Numbered from the stretch's first letter, positions 19,656 to 30,315 are shown. The stretch is 64,000 nucleotides of DNA from Candidatus Shapirobacteria bacterium (GCA_041659325.1 JBAZYN010000002.1:270082-334081), one strand, 5' to 3'. Program-made: numbers and translations. The notes: generated by a model from the sequence alone, not told the origin.

Positions 19656-20720
19656 GTGAAGAAAATATTGGGCGGGGCGTTGATATTTTTGGGTTTGTCG
19701 GGATTGGCATTGATGGGGTGGAGGGTATGGAGAGGAGAGGGTTTCATAAATCCATTGGTGGGGGAAAGCGATAGGGTGGCTTTGCCTTTGGAGAGGTATG
19801 ATTTTGATAGTTTAAGAAATAGTCTTAAAGTCTTAAAGTCTGAAAATCTAAAAATCGAAAGTCGAAAGTTTGAAATATTGGGAAATATACCTGAAGTAGA
19901 GAGCCGGAGGAAATTAATTACGAATGATCAATTACGAATTACGAATTTTGAAACCAAGAAGTTTAGATTTATGAGTGAGGGGAAGTGGATAACGGGAATG
20001 ATCAATATACCTATGACGCCGGATAGCAGGAAAAAGAGGGCGATTATAATGGTGCGGGGGTATGCAGACAAGCCGGGATACTATACAGGCTTTGGAACGT
20101 GGAAAGCGGCCGATGAGTTTGCAAAACAGGGGTGGGTAACAGTGAGCTTGGATTTTTTAGGTTTTGGAGGAAGTGACGAGGAGAGCCTGGAAATGCTTCA
20201 AGCCAGGTTTGAAAAGGTGGTGGCGGTATTGGATTTGATTGAGACAGTCAAACAATTAGGGTATGTAGACACAAATAATATCGGGATTTGGTCGCATTCA
20301 AACGGGGGGCAAATTGTGTTATCGGTTTTGGAAATCACGGGGGGTAATTATCCAACGGTTATGTGGGCGCCAATGACCAATCCGTTTCCGCAAAGTGTGT
20401 TGGATACGGCGTCGGATTTGGATGACGGAGGAAAAGCGGTGATAAAAGCGGTGGCGGAGTTCCAAAAGCAGTACGATAGTCGAAGGTATGCGTTTGAAAA
20501 TTATTATAAGTGGATTAATGCGCCGGTGTTGATTCAACAGGGGACAGCAGATGAATGGTGTGAGGTGGCGTGGCAAGAGAAAGTAGTCAATGCCTTAAGG
20601 GCAGAGGGGAAAAAGGCGGAATTAGTGATTTACAAAGGTGATGATCATAATTTGAAAAAGAATTGGGATGAGGCGGTAGAGAGGGATGTAGAATTTTTTA
20701 ATACGGAGTTTTTAAACTGA
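19656..20720 (+). CDS. membrane-anchored alpha/beta hydrolase (S9-like) with in-frame heptamer inserts
   Basis: TM helix, WSHSNGG, QGTADE, DDHN; inserts at 19820-19869 and 19915-19947. Confidence 0.85.
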   Translation: MKKILGGALIFLGLSGLALMGWRVWRGEGFINPLVGESDRVALPLERYDFDSLRNSLKVLKSENLKIESRKFEILGNIPEVESRRKLITNDQLRITNFETKKFRFMSEGKWITGMINIPMTPDSRKKRAIIMVRGYADKPGYYTGFGTWKAADEFAKQGWVTVSLDFLGFGGSDEESLEMLQARFEKVVAVLDLIETVKQLGYVDTNNIGIWSHSNGGQIVLSVLEITGGNYPTVMWAPMTNPFPQSVLDTASDLDDGGKAVIKAVAEFQKQYDSRRYAFENYYKWINAPVLIQQGTADEWCEVAWQEKVVNALRAEGKKAELVIYKGDDHNLKKNWDEAVERDVEFFNTEFLN

Positions 20721-20786
20721 CAAAGATTGGCTGTATGTAAAAAATATATAGGTAATGGCTAGTAAAAGCAGTGTTTTTAGGATAAA

Positions 20787-21656
20787 ATGCAGGCAATGAA
20801 AATACCACCGGTTGTTACCTGGCGGGTGACTTCCCGTTGTAATAACGACTGTGCTTACTGTTATGGTCCGGATAAAAATAATACGGAAATGTCTATGGTT
20901 GAGGTAAAAAGGATGTTGAAAATGTTTTATGAAATGGGGGTGAGGGTGATTGATCTGACCGGGGGTGAGCCCCTTTTAAGAAAGGGTTTTGAAGAAATTA
21001 TTGTCCTGATGAAAGAATACGGGTTTGAAATATTTATTGATACTAATGGGGACTATTTTTTTGAATATGATAAGTTGGTGGCAGAAGCTGTCCGAGGGAT
21101 CGGTCTGACAGTTGATTTTCCGGATGAAAATCGAAGATATAAAACACCGGGGAATTTGGGGCGGGTATTGAAAATTTTGGATTACCTGATGACCTTGGAG
21201 CGTAGGCCAATAATCCGGGTGGCGACGGTGGTGACAAGGGATAATTATGACAAATTGTTTCGGATAGGGAATTTGATCAGTAAGTATAAGGTAGACTTGT
21301 GGAAGTTGTATCAGTTTATTCCTCAAAATAAAAATGCCCTTAAAAACCGTAAAGACTTGGAGATTACCAAAAGTGAGTTTTTGGAAGCAACTAATAGTCT
21401 GGAGAGAAAATTCTCAAAAGAGTTTAAGGTAGTGGTGTCAAAAATGGAGGACAGAGATTCCTGTTATTTTTTTGTTGAGTCGGATGGAAGAGTATTTATG
21501 CCGACTCAAAGGGGCGATATATTTGAAGAAGTAATACTTGGGCATATTTTTGACGATGATATTTTTGACAAGTGGAGAAAATCAGTTTCGGTAGATAATT
21601 TTATCCGGAATACTGAAGTTAGCCGGAAATATAGATTTAAAAGGGGGCAAAATTGA
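20787..21656 (+). CDS. radical SAM protein, viperin-like motif layout
   Basis: CNNDCAYC, TGGEPLL, DTNG, WKLYQF, DSCYFFVESDG; start may be 20796. Confidence 0.85.
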   Translation: MQAMKIPPVVTWRVTSRCNNDCAYCYGPDKNNTEMSMVEVKRMLKMFYEMGVRVIDLTGGEPLLRKGFEEIIVLMKEYGFEIFIDTNGDYFFEYDKLVAEAVRGIGLTVDFPDENRRYKTPGNLGRVLKILDYLMTLERRPIIRVATVVTRDNYDKLFRIGNLISKYKVDLWKLYQFIPQNKNALKNRKDLEITKSEFLEATNSLERKFSKEFKVVVSKMEDRDSCYFFVESDGRVFMPTQRGDIFEEVILGHIFDDDIFDKWRKSVSVDNFIRNTEVSRKYRFKRGQN

Positions 21657-21699
21657 GGAGATTTTGTATTGACAAAGTTGGTCGGTTTGGATATAGTAA

Positions 21700-22275
21700 G
21701 TGATAATGAAAGTCTATTTTGGGACAAGCCCCAGGATCAAGGAACAGTATCCGGAAGAGGTGACGGAAATATTTGAGCAGATTAAGAAATTGGGTTATAT
21801 TCATACCAGTGATTGGATCAAAAAGGTCGACCCAAAAGATTTTTATAGTATGAATACGGGAGAGTTGGAAGAAAATAATAATCGGTCGATTAGAGATATC
21901 AAAAAGGCGGATATTTGTGTTTTTGAAGCATCAATGCCAAGTTTGTCGGTGGGGTATTTGGTGAACTTGTCACTCGAATTGGGGAAACAGGTGGTGGTTT
22001 TGACCCAAAATAAAAACCCGTCCTTTATGTTCGGACCCATAAAATCCAACAGTTTTAATCTGGTTAGTTATTCGCGTGATACTTTGGCAAGCGAGCTGGA
22101 AAGAGCATTGAAAAAAGCGGTGGAGGGAAGTGATGTCCGGTTTAATTTTTTTGTGTCATCAAAAATATTGAATTACCTCGATTGGGTGGCAAAAAAGAGG
22201 ATGGAGCCAAGGTCGGTCTTTTTGAGAAATTTGATTGAAAAAGAGATGAAAAAGGACAAGGAATTTAAGGGGTGA
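21700..22275 (+). CDS. nucleoside 2-deoxyribosyltransferase-like domain fused to a C-terminal RHH-like segment
   Basis: MKVYF, ADICVFEASMPSLSVGY...GKQVVVL; RFNFFVSSKILNYLDWVAKK...RSVFLRNLI. Confidence 0.7.
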   Translation: MIMKVYFGTSPRIKEQYPEEVTEIFEQIKKLGYIHTSDWIKKVDPKDFYSMNTGELEENNNRSIRDIKKADICVFEASMPSLSVGYLVNLSLELGKQVVVLTQNKNPSFMFGPIKSNSFNLVSYSRDTLASELERALKKAVEGSDVRFNFFVSSKILNYLDWVAKKRMEPRSVFLRNLIEKEMKKDKEFKG

Positions 22276-22308
22276 TATAATCTGCTGTTATAGTTTTATG
22301 TAAAAACT

Positions 22309-22566
22309 ATGAGTAATAGATGTGAAGTTCCGTCAGATCAAAGAACAGGATGTAGCTTCTTGGATCGCATTTATTGTCGCCATGGATTGATAGCAGGCCA
22401 TCAGAGAATATGTGATCAGTTTCCATTGGTTAGGTCTTCGAGAGAAAGTGTAAGACAAATATCAGTTTTACCAATGATGGTGAAGGCCTTGATCACAGAT
22501 ACATTTGGTGAAGAAGGGAGGACTGTTCGTGAAAAGGTGGTCGGTTGGACCCGAAATCGTGGTTAA
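22309..22566 (+). CDS. small Cys-rich hypothetical protein
   Basis: 85-aa ATG ORF with four N-terminal Cys. Confidence 0.5.
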   Translation: MSNRCEVPSDQRTGCSFLDRIYCRHGLIAGHQRICDQFPLVRSSRESVRQISVLPMMVKALITDTFGEEGRTVREKVVGWTRNRG

Positions 22567-22648
22567 TTTTTTTAGCTTAGGTTTTTATTTTTCTCTTTGG
22601 TTTTGAGCCAGTAAGGGGGTAGTTAAAAGAACTGGTATAATTTAAAAC

Positions 22649-23821
22649 ATGAGTAAAAGAGTAATGGTGTTGTATGGCGGGGTGAGTACGGAGCATGAGG
22701 TGGCGATCATTTCGGCATTACAGGTGATGAGCGCCCTGAAAGAAGCCGGTCATGAGGTGGTGCCGGTTTATATTAGCAAGAAGGGTGAATGGTTTTGGGG
22801 AGATGAGAGGTTTTTAAAACCGGAGTTTTATAAAAATTTAAATGAGATACGGACCTTGGGAAAGAAGGTAGAGATGGGGGCCGGTAGCGGAGGGAAGATA
22901 CTTATGAAAAAAATGGCTTGGTGGCAGGAAACGGACAAAAAGATTGATGTGGTATTTCCGGTATTTCATGGTAAAAACGGCGAGGATGGGGCGGTGCAGG
23001 GGTGGCTTAATTTGGTGAATTTACCCTATGTAGGGTGCCCTCTTTTGGCATCGGCAGTGGCAATGGATAAGTCAATTTCAAAAATGGCGGCGACCAGTAT
23101 CGGGTTAAGGGTAGCAGAGGAGGTGTTGGTAGTCAAAAGTGACTGGGAGAGAGATAGAAAAGTGATTTTAGAAAAGATTAAAAAATTAGGGAAGAGTGTG
23201 TTTGTGAAGCCGTCGGGCGGGGGTTCGACAATTGCCGTAGGCAGAGCCGATAACCAAAAAGATACGGAAAGATTGTTGGAGGTGGCGCTTGTTTATGATG
23301 ACCGAGTGGTGGTGGAAAAAGAGATTGAAAGGCCCATCGAGGTTAACATTTCGATTTTGGGAAATAACCCTTATGAAGTGTCGATAACCGAGCAGCCGAT
23401 AGCCAGCGGTAAGGTTTTATCATTTGAAGATAAATATGTGCGGGGGAGCAAGGGCGGTAAAAGTCAGGGAATGGCGGGTTCCCAACGGTTGATGCCGGCC
23501 GGGGTGTCGGAAAAGATAATAATAGAAATTGAAGAAGCAGCGAAAAGTTTTTTTGCTACTATCGGAGGAAGGGGTATTGCCAGAATTGATTTTATGGTGG
23601 ATAAGGGTGGCGTAGTATATTTTAACGAAATCAATCCAATGCCCGGGTCGATTGCTTTTTATTTATGGGAAAAGAGAGGAGTGAAGATAGGTGATTTGGT
23701 GGATAGGTTGGTGAATTTGGCAATTGAAGATTGGCTAGGGCGGCAAAAATTGGTGACGACATTTGAAAGTAATATTTTGGCAGGATATGCCGGATCAAGT
23801 GGAACTAAAGGCAAGATTTAG
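22649..23821 (+). CDS. ddl: D-alanine--D-alanine ligase
   Basis: GGVSTEHEVA, HGKNGEDG, FVKP, RIDF, NEINPMPG. Confidence 0.93.
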   Translation: MSKRVMVLYGGVSTEHEVAIISALQVMSALKEAGHEVVPVYISKKGEWFWGDERFLKPEFYKNLNEIRTLGKKVEMGAGSGGKILMKKMAWWQETDKKIDVVFPVFHGKNGEDGAVQGWLNLVNLPYVGCPLLASAVAMDKSISKMAATSIGLRVAEEVLVVKSDWERDRKVILEKIKKLGKSVFVKPSGGGSTIAVGRADNQKDTERLLEVALVYDDRVVVEKEIERPIEVNISILGNNPYEVSITEQPIASGKVLSFEDKYVRGSKGGKSQGMAGSQRLMPAGVSEKIIIEIEEAAKSFFATIGGRGIARIDFMVDKGGVVYFNEINPMPGSIAFYLWEKRGVKIGDLVDRLVNLAIEDWLGRQKLVTTFESNILAGYAGSSGTKGKI

Positions 23822-25212
23822 TAGTTTTGGGGTAGGTCATTTTCGAGAAGTATCCAGTCGAATTTTGTGCTTAGGTTGCGAACGGTTGGCCAATAATCAT
23901 GACGGTTTATAACATGGATTATGGCGTTTGGTTTGACTAGCTTGATCCCATGGGTAATATTTTGAGTTCGATGACTTTGGCCAATAAGAATAACTTCGTC
24001 GAAAATATCGGCTATTTTTTTACCCAACTCTTGGTGCAAGGAATCAGATTCCAGGCCTAACTCGACTAACCCGGGAGTAATTAAAGCTTTGGTCCCCTTT
24101 AGATTGGACAAATCAGACATAATTTGATTAAAACCATCAAAGTTGCTGGAGTAAGTATTGTCGACGACAGTAGCTTGATTTATTTTTACTAGCTCCAGTC
24201 GATGAGGAGCGGGGGCAAGGACAGCCACACTCTTTTGGATGGTTTCAATGGGGATTTTTAATAAGATTGATTGACTAATGGCGGCTAATAGATTTAATAG
24301 ATTGCCGGAGCCAAAGAGCGGAGAAATAAAGCGGAAGGATTGTTGGTGATAATTGAGAGTAAAGACGGAGCCATTTTGGTCAAAGTGGAATTGGCTAAGA
24401 AAGAAAGTGGCTTTTGGGGAGGCGAGGGAGTAGGTGTGGGCTGATTGAAAATGGGGATGGGAGTCGAGGTATTTGTGGATGTATTGATTGTCGAAATTTA
24501 GTAATAAGTGATTCGTTTTGATATGTTTGGCGAGTTCAAATTTGGTATCAAGGATATTTTGAATGGTACGAAAACGTTCCAGATGTTGGGGGCCGATACC
24601 GGTGATAATGGCTGATTGGGGTGGGAAAAGAGTAGAAAGTTTCTGAATATCCCCGGGGTAATGGGCACCAAATTCAGCCAGAAAATATTTGGTGTGTCGG
24701 GTCAGTCCCATTAAGATCGACTGGGAGATGCCTAGAGGAGTGTTGTAGCTATGAGTGGTTTTGAGAGTAGGGAAGGCGGCATCAAGAATTTGGAAGAGAA
24801 AATCTTTGGTTGTGGTTTTGCCAAAAGAACCGGTAATGCCAATGGTGTGGGGGTTGACTTGGGCAAGAAGTTTTTTGGCTTTTTGAATTTTGAGATTTTT
24901 TGGGATACTCTCGAAAGGGGCCAGGAGGGTGATCGCTATCAGCAGTGGGAGGGGGGTGAAAAAAAATAAAGCGAGGGAAAGAATAAAAACTAAAGAGGTA
25001 AAATAGGAGTCAAGAAATAACCAGGACAAGGCAAAATATTGAAGAATAGATAAAATAAGGAGGAGCTTAACTTTGAGGGTAATTTTGAGGGGGGTGATTT
25101 GGGGTAGAGAAAAAGTCAGGGGGTGGGAAAGATACCAGCGGAGGAGTTTGGTGGGCTGATAGTATTCTAGTTGGAGGATCTGAAGATAGACAAAAAAGGG
25201 GAAGTGTTTCAT
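23818..25212 (-). CDS. murF: MurF-like Mur ligase with N-terminal TM helices
   Basis: GITGSFGKTTTK, SYNTPLG, DNTYSSN, ITPGLVELG, LLENDLP. Confidence 0.8.
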   Translation of the reverse strand: MKHFPFFVYLQILQLEYYQPTKLLRWYLSHPLTFSLPQITPLKITLKVKLLLILSILQYFALSWLFLDSYFTSLVFILSLALFFFTPLPLLIAITLLAPFESIPKNLKIQKAKKLLAQVNPHTIGITGSFGKTTTKDFLFQILDAAFPTLKTTHSYNTPLGISQSILMGLTRHTKYFLAEFGAHYPGDIQKLSTLFPPQSAIITGIGPQHLERFRTIQNILDTKFELAKHIKTNHLLLNFDNQYIHKYLDSHPHFQSAHTYSLASPKATFFLSQFHFDQNGSVFTLNYHQQSFRFISPLFGSGNLLNLLAAISQSILLKIPIETIQKSVAVLAPAPHRLELVKINQATVVDNTYSSNFDGFNQIMSDLSNLKGTKALITPGLVELGLESDSLHQELGKKIADIFDEVILIGQSHRTQNITHGIKLVKPNAIIHVINRHDYWPTVRNLSTKFDWILLENDLPQNY

Positions 25213-25958
25213 AAGGTTAGGCTAAAAATATGTTTTAAGGTAGGAATTAGCTGAGATTGGAGGTTGAGATGAGGGTTGTGATCGGATTGGAGGATATAAA
25301 GCCGACAGTCGGGAAAAAGATTAGCAATAATCCGGCCGGAATAAGGAATTTCCGTATCGTTTTCCCCCCAAACTAAAAAGGAGGGGATTTTTGCTTGATT
25401 AAGCTGGCTCATTAAATCAAAATTAACTATTTTTTTGAGAATGTCGCGGTGCTCGGGAGAGCTGTTGTAATAATCGGTGGAGGAAATGCGGGAGAGTAAA
25501 AAGCAGAGAAGGGGTTCGGGGAGGATGGCTTTGAGGAAGCTAAATTGGCGATAGACGAAGATTTTGAGTTTTTGTTTCAGGGATTTGCGACGGTCAATAG
25601 CCGGAGAAATCAGAATCAAAAAGGAAATAACCGAGGGGTGAGTGGCGGCGATATGGGTAGCGATTTGGCCACCAAAAGAATGACCTAAAATAATTGGGTG
25701 TTTTATATTATTTTTTTTGATAAAGGCGAGAACAAAATCGGAGTATTGGGGGATACCGGAACTGATTGGGAGTAGGGGGCTGCGACCGAAACCGGGAAGG
25801 TCCAGAAGGTAGTAGCGAAAATCGGGAGGGAGATGGGAGACTGCATTGGCCCAGAGGTGGCCGTTTTGGCCCCAACCGTGGAGAACAAGGCAATCTTTTT
25901 TGGCTTTGGGGTTGACAATTTCAAAGTGAACCAGATTATGATCGATAACAATATCCAT
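25209..25958 (-). CDS. alpha/beta hydrolase
   Basis: LHGWG, DLPGFG, GHSFGG, WGEND, H. Confidence 0.9.
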   Translation of the reverse strand: MDIVIDHNLVHFEIVNPKAKKDCLVLHGWGQNGHLWANAVSHLPPDFRYYLLDLPGFGRSPLLPISSGIPQYSDFVLAFIKKNNIKHPIILGHSFGGQIATHIAATHPSVISFLILISPAIDRRKSLKQKLKIFVYRQFSFLKAILPEPLLCFLLSRISSTDYYNSSPEHRDILKKIVNFDLMSQLNQAKIPSFLVWGENDTEIPYSGRIIANLFPDCRLYILQSDHNPHLNLQSQLIPTLKHIFSLTL

Positions 25959-25985
25959 ACTGGATATATTCTATAATATAATGCG

Positions 25986-27077
25986 ATGAAGTTGAGGTTT
26001 AGAGTTGATAAAATAATTCGGGTTTTTGAGAAAAAATTGAAACCGTTTAACCGGATAGAAATTTCGAGAGGGAAGATGCTGGGAAACTATAGAAGTTTTG
26101 TGAAGATGGGAAAGAAGATGGAATTTTGGCCGGTGATGAAAGCTAACGCATATGGGTGTGGAATTGAACAAATAACAGAAATACTGGATGGTGTAAATTT
26201 TGAATATTGGGTGGCGGACAGTCTGGTGGAGGCTCAAAAAATCTGGGAGAAGTCCTCCAAGAGGGTCTTGCTGATAGGTCCAATACAAAAGGAGAATTAT
26301 AAATATATCGATTTCAGAAAAATTACTTTATCAGTCCAAAGTAAGGAAGATTTGGAAGTTTTGGGAGGGTTGAATAAAGATATCAAAATACATCTAAAGG
26401 TCAATACGGGCATGAATCGGCAGGGGTTTGAGATAGAGGAAATAAAGGAGGTCGTCAAAGTGTTAGAAAAATACCCGAGAATCGAAGTGGAGGGGGTGTT
26501 TTCTCATTTGGCTCAGGCGGAAAGTGACATTTTGGTTGAAAGACAAGAGGAGAAATTCAAGAAAGCAATAGATCTATTGGAATTATACGGAATCAAGCCC
26601 AGGTGGGTGCATTTGGCGGCAAGTGCCGGGGCCTTTAGGACAAAAGATAGCCGGATAAATGCGGTAAGGCTGGGAATCGGGCTTTATGAGGGGGGAGTAA
26701 GACTGGTGTCGACGATTGTGAAGGCCCGCTGGGTAAGAGAGGGAGAGAGAGTCGGGTACGGGGGAACATATACCATGAAAGAGGATGGGTGGCTGGGGGT
26801 AATCCCGGTGGGGTATTATGAGGCCTTGGACAGAGGATTGAGTAATCGGGGACAGGTGAAATACAAAGATAGATATTATCCGCTGGCCGGAAATATATGT
26901 ATGAATATGATCACGGTAAACTTTGGGAGGACGGAGATTACCGAGGGGGAAGAGGTGGAAGTTATTGGGGCAGAGGGCAAAAATTCGTTTAAAGAAATGG
27001 CCCAAGTGTGCGGGACTGTTGATTATGAGCTGATGGTTCGACTTAACGCGTCGGTCAGGCGGGAAATAGTGGACTAA
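25986..27077 (+). CDS. alr: alanine racemase
   Basis: VMKANAYG, HLKVNTGMNRQG, VRLGIGLY, VGYG, ICMN. Confidence 0.93.
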   Translation: MKLRFRVDKIIRVFEKKLKPFNRIEISRGKMLGNYRSFVKMGKKMEFWPVMKANAYGCGIEQITEILDGVNFEYWVADSLVEAQKIWEKSSKRVLLIGPIQKENYKYIDFRKITLSVQSKEDLEVLGGLNKDIKIHLKVNTGMNRQGFEIEEIKEVVKVLEKYPRIEVEGVFSHLAQAESDILVERQEEKFKKAIDLLELYGIKPRWVHLAASAGAFRTKDSRINAVRLGIGLYEGGVRLVSTIVKARWVREGERVGYGGTYTMKEDGWLGVIPVGYYEALDRGLSNRGQVKYKDRYYPLAGNICMNMITVNFGRTEITEGEEVEVIGAEGKNSFKEMAQVCGTVDYELMVRLNASVRREIVD

Positions 27078-28855
27078 TCCATTTTAGTTCTTTTTTGGAT
27101 TTGCCAAAGCTGGTAGAAATGTTTTTTGAGAGCTACCAGTTCGTCAAAGCCACCGCTTTCACAAATACTACCTTTATCAAAAACAACAATCCTATTGGTA
27201 AAGCGAAGGGTGGAGAGGCGATGGGCGATCCAGATAACGATTTTGTCTTTTAGATATTCTTCGATGCTATGAAGAATTTTTTCTTCGGTGATGGAATCAA
27301 GGGATGAGGTACTTTCATCAAAAATTATAATGGGTGAATTTTTGTAAATGGCCCGGGCGATGCCGAGTCTTTGGCGCTCGCCGCCCGAGAGACGGATGCC
27401 CTTTTCTCCCAAAAGCCGGTTGTGGTTGTGTTTGATTTTTTCAAGAATCGGCTCGCACTGAGAAATTGTGAGAGCCAAATTGTAGAGAGAGGGATTAAAT
27501 TTTTGGGATTCTGAGGCGATGGTGATATTTTCTTTAAAACTCAAATTAAAAATTTCACTTTCCTGCGGAACAATGGCGATATTGGGCCGGAGCTTATCGG
27601 TGGCGATGCTTTTTATGTTGATATTGTTGATTTTGATACTGCCTTTTTTGGAAAGATAAAGCTTTAGAAGAAGCTTGACGAGAGTGGATTTACCGGAGCC
27701 GGATTTGCCGACCAGACCGATTTTTTCACTTTTGTGGATTGCCAGGTTGACATTTTTTAAAACTTTGTCGGGCCGGAGTTTGTATTTAAAGCTAAGATTG
27801 TTGATAGAAAGAGTTTGGACGGGAGAGGGGAAATCCAGATGGCCGCAGATGGTGGTGGTTTTGCCGGTCTTGATAAGCTGGATCATACGAAAGAGAACGA
27901 GTTTGTAGTTTATAAGCTCATCAATCCAGTCGGCGACACCGGAAAGACCATCCTGCAGACGATTGATATAACCCATGTAGATAAAAAAGGAGCCAACCGA
28001 CATGCGCTGGTAATAGATGTCGGAAATGATAAGAATTAAGCTGATACCGGTAAATATTTGGGAGATGCTGTTGATAATGATCCATTTGTTGAAACCCATT
28101 TTTGAAGATTGGATGGCTTTTTGGGTGTAGCTGTGCTCACGGTTAAAAATTGCCCGATTGACCTGGTTTCCAATCCCCAGGCTTTTTATAAGATGAATAT
28201 TGGAGAAATATTCATAATTTTTACCGATAACCCCTTCAAATTGTTTATTAAGCCGATGCCATCTTTTGACCAGGTTTCGGTTTAGGTATTGATTGACCAG
28301 AAGATAAATGGAAGTGTTTAAGAGGGCGAGAACAAAAAATTTGAAGTTGAAGCCTAAAAAAATTATCAGAACGGCAAAAACGTCAACAAAAATATCCAAG
28401 CCTCCACCAGATGAGCTTAGAAAGCGGATAAAACTTTTGATTGAGTCGGCGCCTTTGCTGATAACGGTGATTTTTTTACCTGAAGCCTGGGATTCATGCC
28501 ATTCCAAATCAAAATCAAGCAGGCGGGAGGTTTCTTGTTGGCGGGTTTTGAGTCTGACTTGTTCGGCATACTGATTGACCCAGAATTTTGATTTTAGACG
28601 GAGAATATTTCTAAGGAGGTTATTGCCGGTGAGGGCGGCAATAAGCCATAAAATATCGGTAACAGAGGTAGCTTTTGAGGAGAGACCGTCGATGATGCGG
28701 GCAATAATCAGCGGGGGGAGCAGACCCTGAAGTGTGCTTAGTAGCCGGACACTTGACCAAAAAATAATCCGGCGGTGATAGTGGTCGGTGTAGTACCAAA
28801 TGTGTTTTAGAAAATCAGAAATAGCGTATTTTTCGTTTTTAATGGCAGGGGGCAT
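27074..28855 (-). CDS. ABC transporter, fused permease/ATP-binding protein
   Basis: TM domain; GKSGSGKST, LSGGERQR, DESTSSLD, IAHRLST. Confidence 0.95.
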   Translation of the reverse strand: MPPAIKNEKYAISDFLKHIWYYTDHYHRRIIFWSSVRLLSTLQGLLPPLIIARIIDGLSSKATSVTDILWLIAALTGNNLLRNILRLKSKFWVNQYAEQVRLKTRQQETSRLLDFDLEWHESQASGKKITVISKGADSIKSFIRFLSSSGGGLDIFVDVFAVLIIFLGFNFKFFVLALLNTSIYLLVNQYLNRNLVKRWHRLNKQFEGVIGKNYEYFSNIHLIKSLGIGNQVNRAIFNREHSYTQKAIQSSKMGFNKWIIINSISQIFTGISLILIISDIYYQRMSVGSFFIYMGYINRLQDGLSGVADWIDELINYKLVLFRMIQLIKTGKTTTICGHLDFPSPVQTLSINNLSFKYKLRPDKVLKNVNLAIHKSEKIGLVGKSGSGKSTLVKLLLKLYLSKKGSIKINNINIKSIATDKLRPNIAIVPQESEIFNLSFKENITIASESQKFNPSLYNLALTISQCEPILEKIKHNHNRLLGEKGIRLSGGERQRLGIARAIYKNSPIIIFDESTSSLDSITEEKILHSIEEYLKDKIVIWIAHRLSTLRFTNRIVVFDKGSICESGGFDELVALKKHFYQLWQIQKRTKMD

Positions 28856-28887
28856 GCAGAGTAATTAAAGCATAATTGGGAGCCAAC

Positions 28888-28919
28888 AAAAAGCCCCCTC
28901 GGGAACTCGGGGGGCTTTG
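28888..28919 (-). terminator. intrinsic terminator after rplA
   Basis: aaagcccc / ggggcttt stem followed by a U-tract on the minus strand. Confidence 0.7.
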
Positions 28920-28935
28920 AGAAGTTAAAAAAAGT

Positions 28936-29730
28936 TTACTTAATGACTTCGATTTTAACCGATGGGCCCATGGTGGCACAGACGGCGAGTTTTTTAATTT
29001 TAGCCGGGTTGACAACTTTGACAAGCTCGCTGATGTTGGCGGAAAGCTCTTCTTCTGATTGGGAAACCTTGCCGACAACAATGTGAATAATGGGGGCTTT
29101 CTTTTCGGTCTTTACGGCAGTTTTGGCCACTGAGAGCCGGGCGACGGCTTCTTCGGGCTTGTCGGTTAGGGTACCATTTTTTGGATTTGGCATCAGACCT
29201 TTGGGGCCAAGAACACGGGCAAAAGGGAGAAGTTTTGGCATGGTAATGGGAGTGGCAATAAGGATGTCAAAATTTACTTTGCCGTCTTTTATTTCGGCAA
29301 GGACCGCGTCGTTTAGGACAACTATTTTTTTGCCGACGGTTTCCAGATGGGGAAAAGTGATTTCGCCAACAGTCCCAATGTCAAAGGTGGTGATGTGGGC
29401 CTCAATTTTGCCGTCGAATTTGGAGAGGGAAGTAGTTTTTACCAGTTTGACAGCCTCGTTCAGAGGATAATATTTGTTGACGTCAATGTTTTTTTTGGCG
29501 GCAAGATATTTTTTGCCCCTAACTTTGGCGACTCTGACAGTTTTTTCACCGGAGGGTTCTTCTTTAACTTGGGTAGGAATTTCTTCGGCTGGAGTATTTT
29601 TTACTTCTTCAACTGAAGCGTTGCGCCCTTCGACTTTGTCTTGGACTTCCACAGCAAGATCTCCGCCAGAGGCGGATTTCGTTTCACTCAATTTTTTTTT
29701 GAGTTTCATTTCTTGAGAGGTTTTGCTCAT
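28936..29730 (-). CDS. rplA: 50S ribosomal protein L1 (N-terminally extended)
   Basis: FDILIATP, LGPKGLMPNPKNGT, TMGPSV. Confidence 0.95.
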   Translation of the reverse strand: MSKTSQEMKLKKKLSETKSASGGDLAVEVQDKVEGRNASVEEVKNTPAEEIPTQVKEEPSGEKTVRVAKVRGKKYLAAKKNIDVNKYYPLNEAVKLVKTTSLSKFDGKIEAHITTFDIGTVGEITFPHLETVGKKIVVLNDAVLAEIKDGKVNFDILIATPITMPKLLPFARVLGPKGLMPNPKNGTLTDKPEEAVARLSVAKTAVKTEKKAPIIHIVVGKVSQSEEELSANISELVKVVNPAKIKKLAVCATMGPSVKIEVIK

Positions 29731-29752
29731 TTTTTGATTAAAATTTAACTAG

Positions 29753-29962
29753 TTATGATACCACGAGATCAGCATTAGGTTGATTTTGACGGGGAGTAAG
29801 GCATTCGGTACAGGAAGTGACTTGGAAATTATATTCGGAGAGAAAAAATGCTCTTTGGGGGATGGCTTGGTGGCATGGTTTAGAGAGCTTGTCGCAATAT
29901 GGTCTGTTACCTATAATAACTGTGGTATGGCGGAAATTTTCTGCAGAATATCTAGTAGCCAT
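29753..29962 (-). CDS. small Cys-rich protein, paralog of 30029-30265
   Basis: CDK..CHQAIP..YNFQV..CTEC..QNQP. Confidence 0.7.
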   Translation of the reverse strand: MATRYSAENFRHTTVIIGNRPYCDKLSKPCHQAIPQRAFFLSEYNFQVTSCTECLTPRQNQPNADLVVS

Positions 29963-30028
29963 AATTAATGTTTGAATGAATTATTAACTATCAAATTATA
30001 TCACTATATCAGTTAGGATAGCACAAAA

Positions 30029-30265
30029 TTAGGGTTTAGGTTGGTTTTGACTGAAGGTGCGGCACTTGGCACAGCCGGGAACTTGGAAAGAATATTTAGC
30101 AACAATGTTTACCCTCTGCAGAGGAATAGCTTGATGACATATGGCTATTCTGTCTTTGACCAAATCGCATCGAGGACTTTCGGTACCCAGCCCAACGATA
30201 CATGTAATGCCTGGAAAATCATCTTTGCTATAAGGGAATGTTTGAGCTGCTTCAATTTCGTCCAT
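30029..30265 (-). CDS. small Cys-rich protein, paralog of 29753-29962
   Basis: CDL..CHQAIP..YSFQV..CAKC..QNQP. Confidence 0.7.
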   Translation of the reverse strand: MDEIEAAQTFPYSKDDFPGITCIVGLGTESPRCDLVKDRIAICHQAIPLQRVNIVAKYSFQVPGCAKCRTFSQNQPKP

Positions 30266-30315
30266 AGTTGGTTTTACTTAAGGATTATGTATCGAATTAT
30301 ATCATCAAACGGAGT

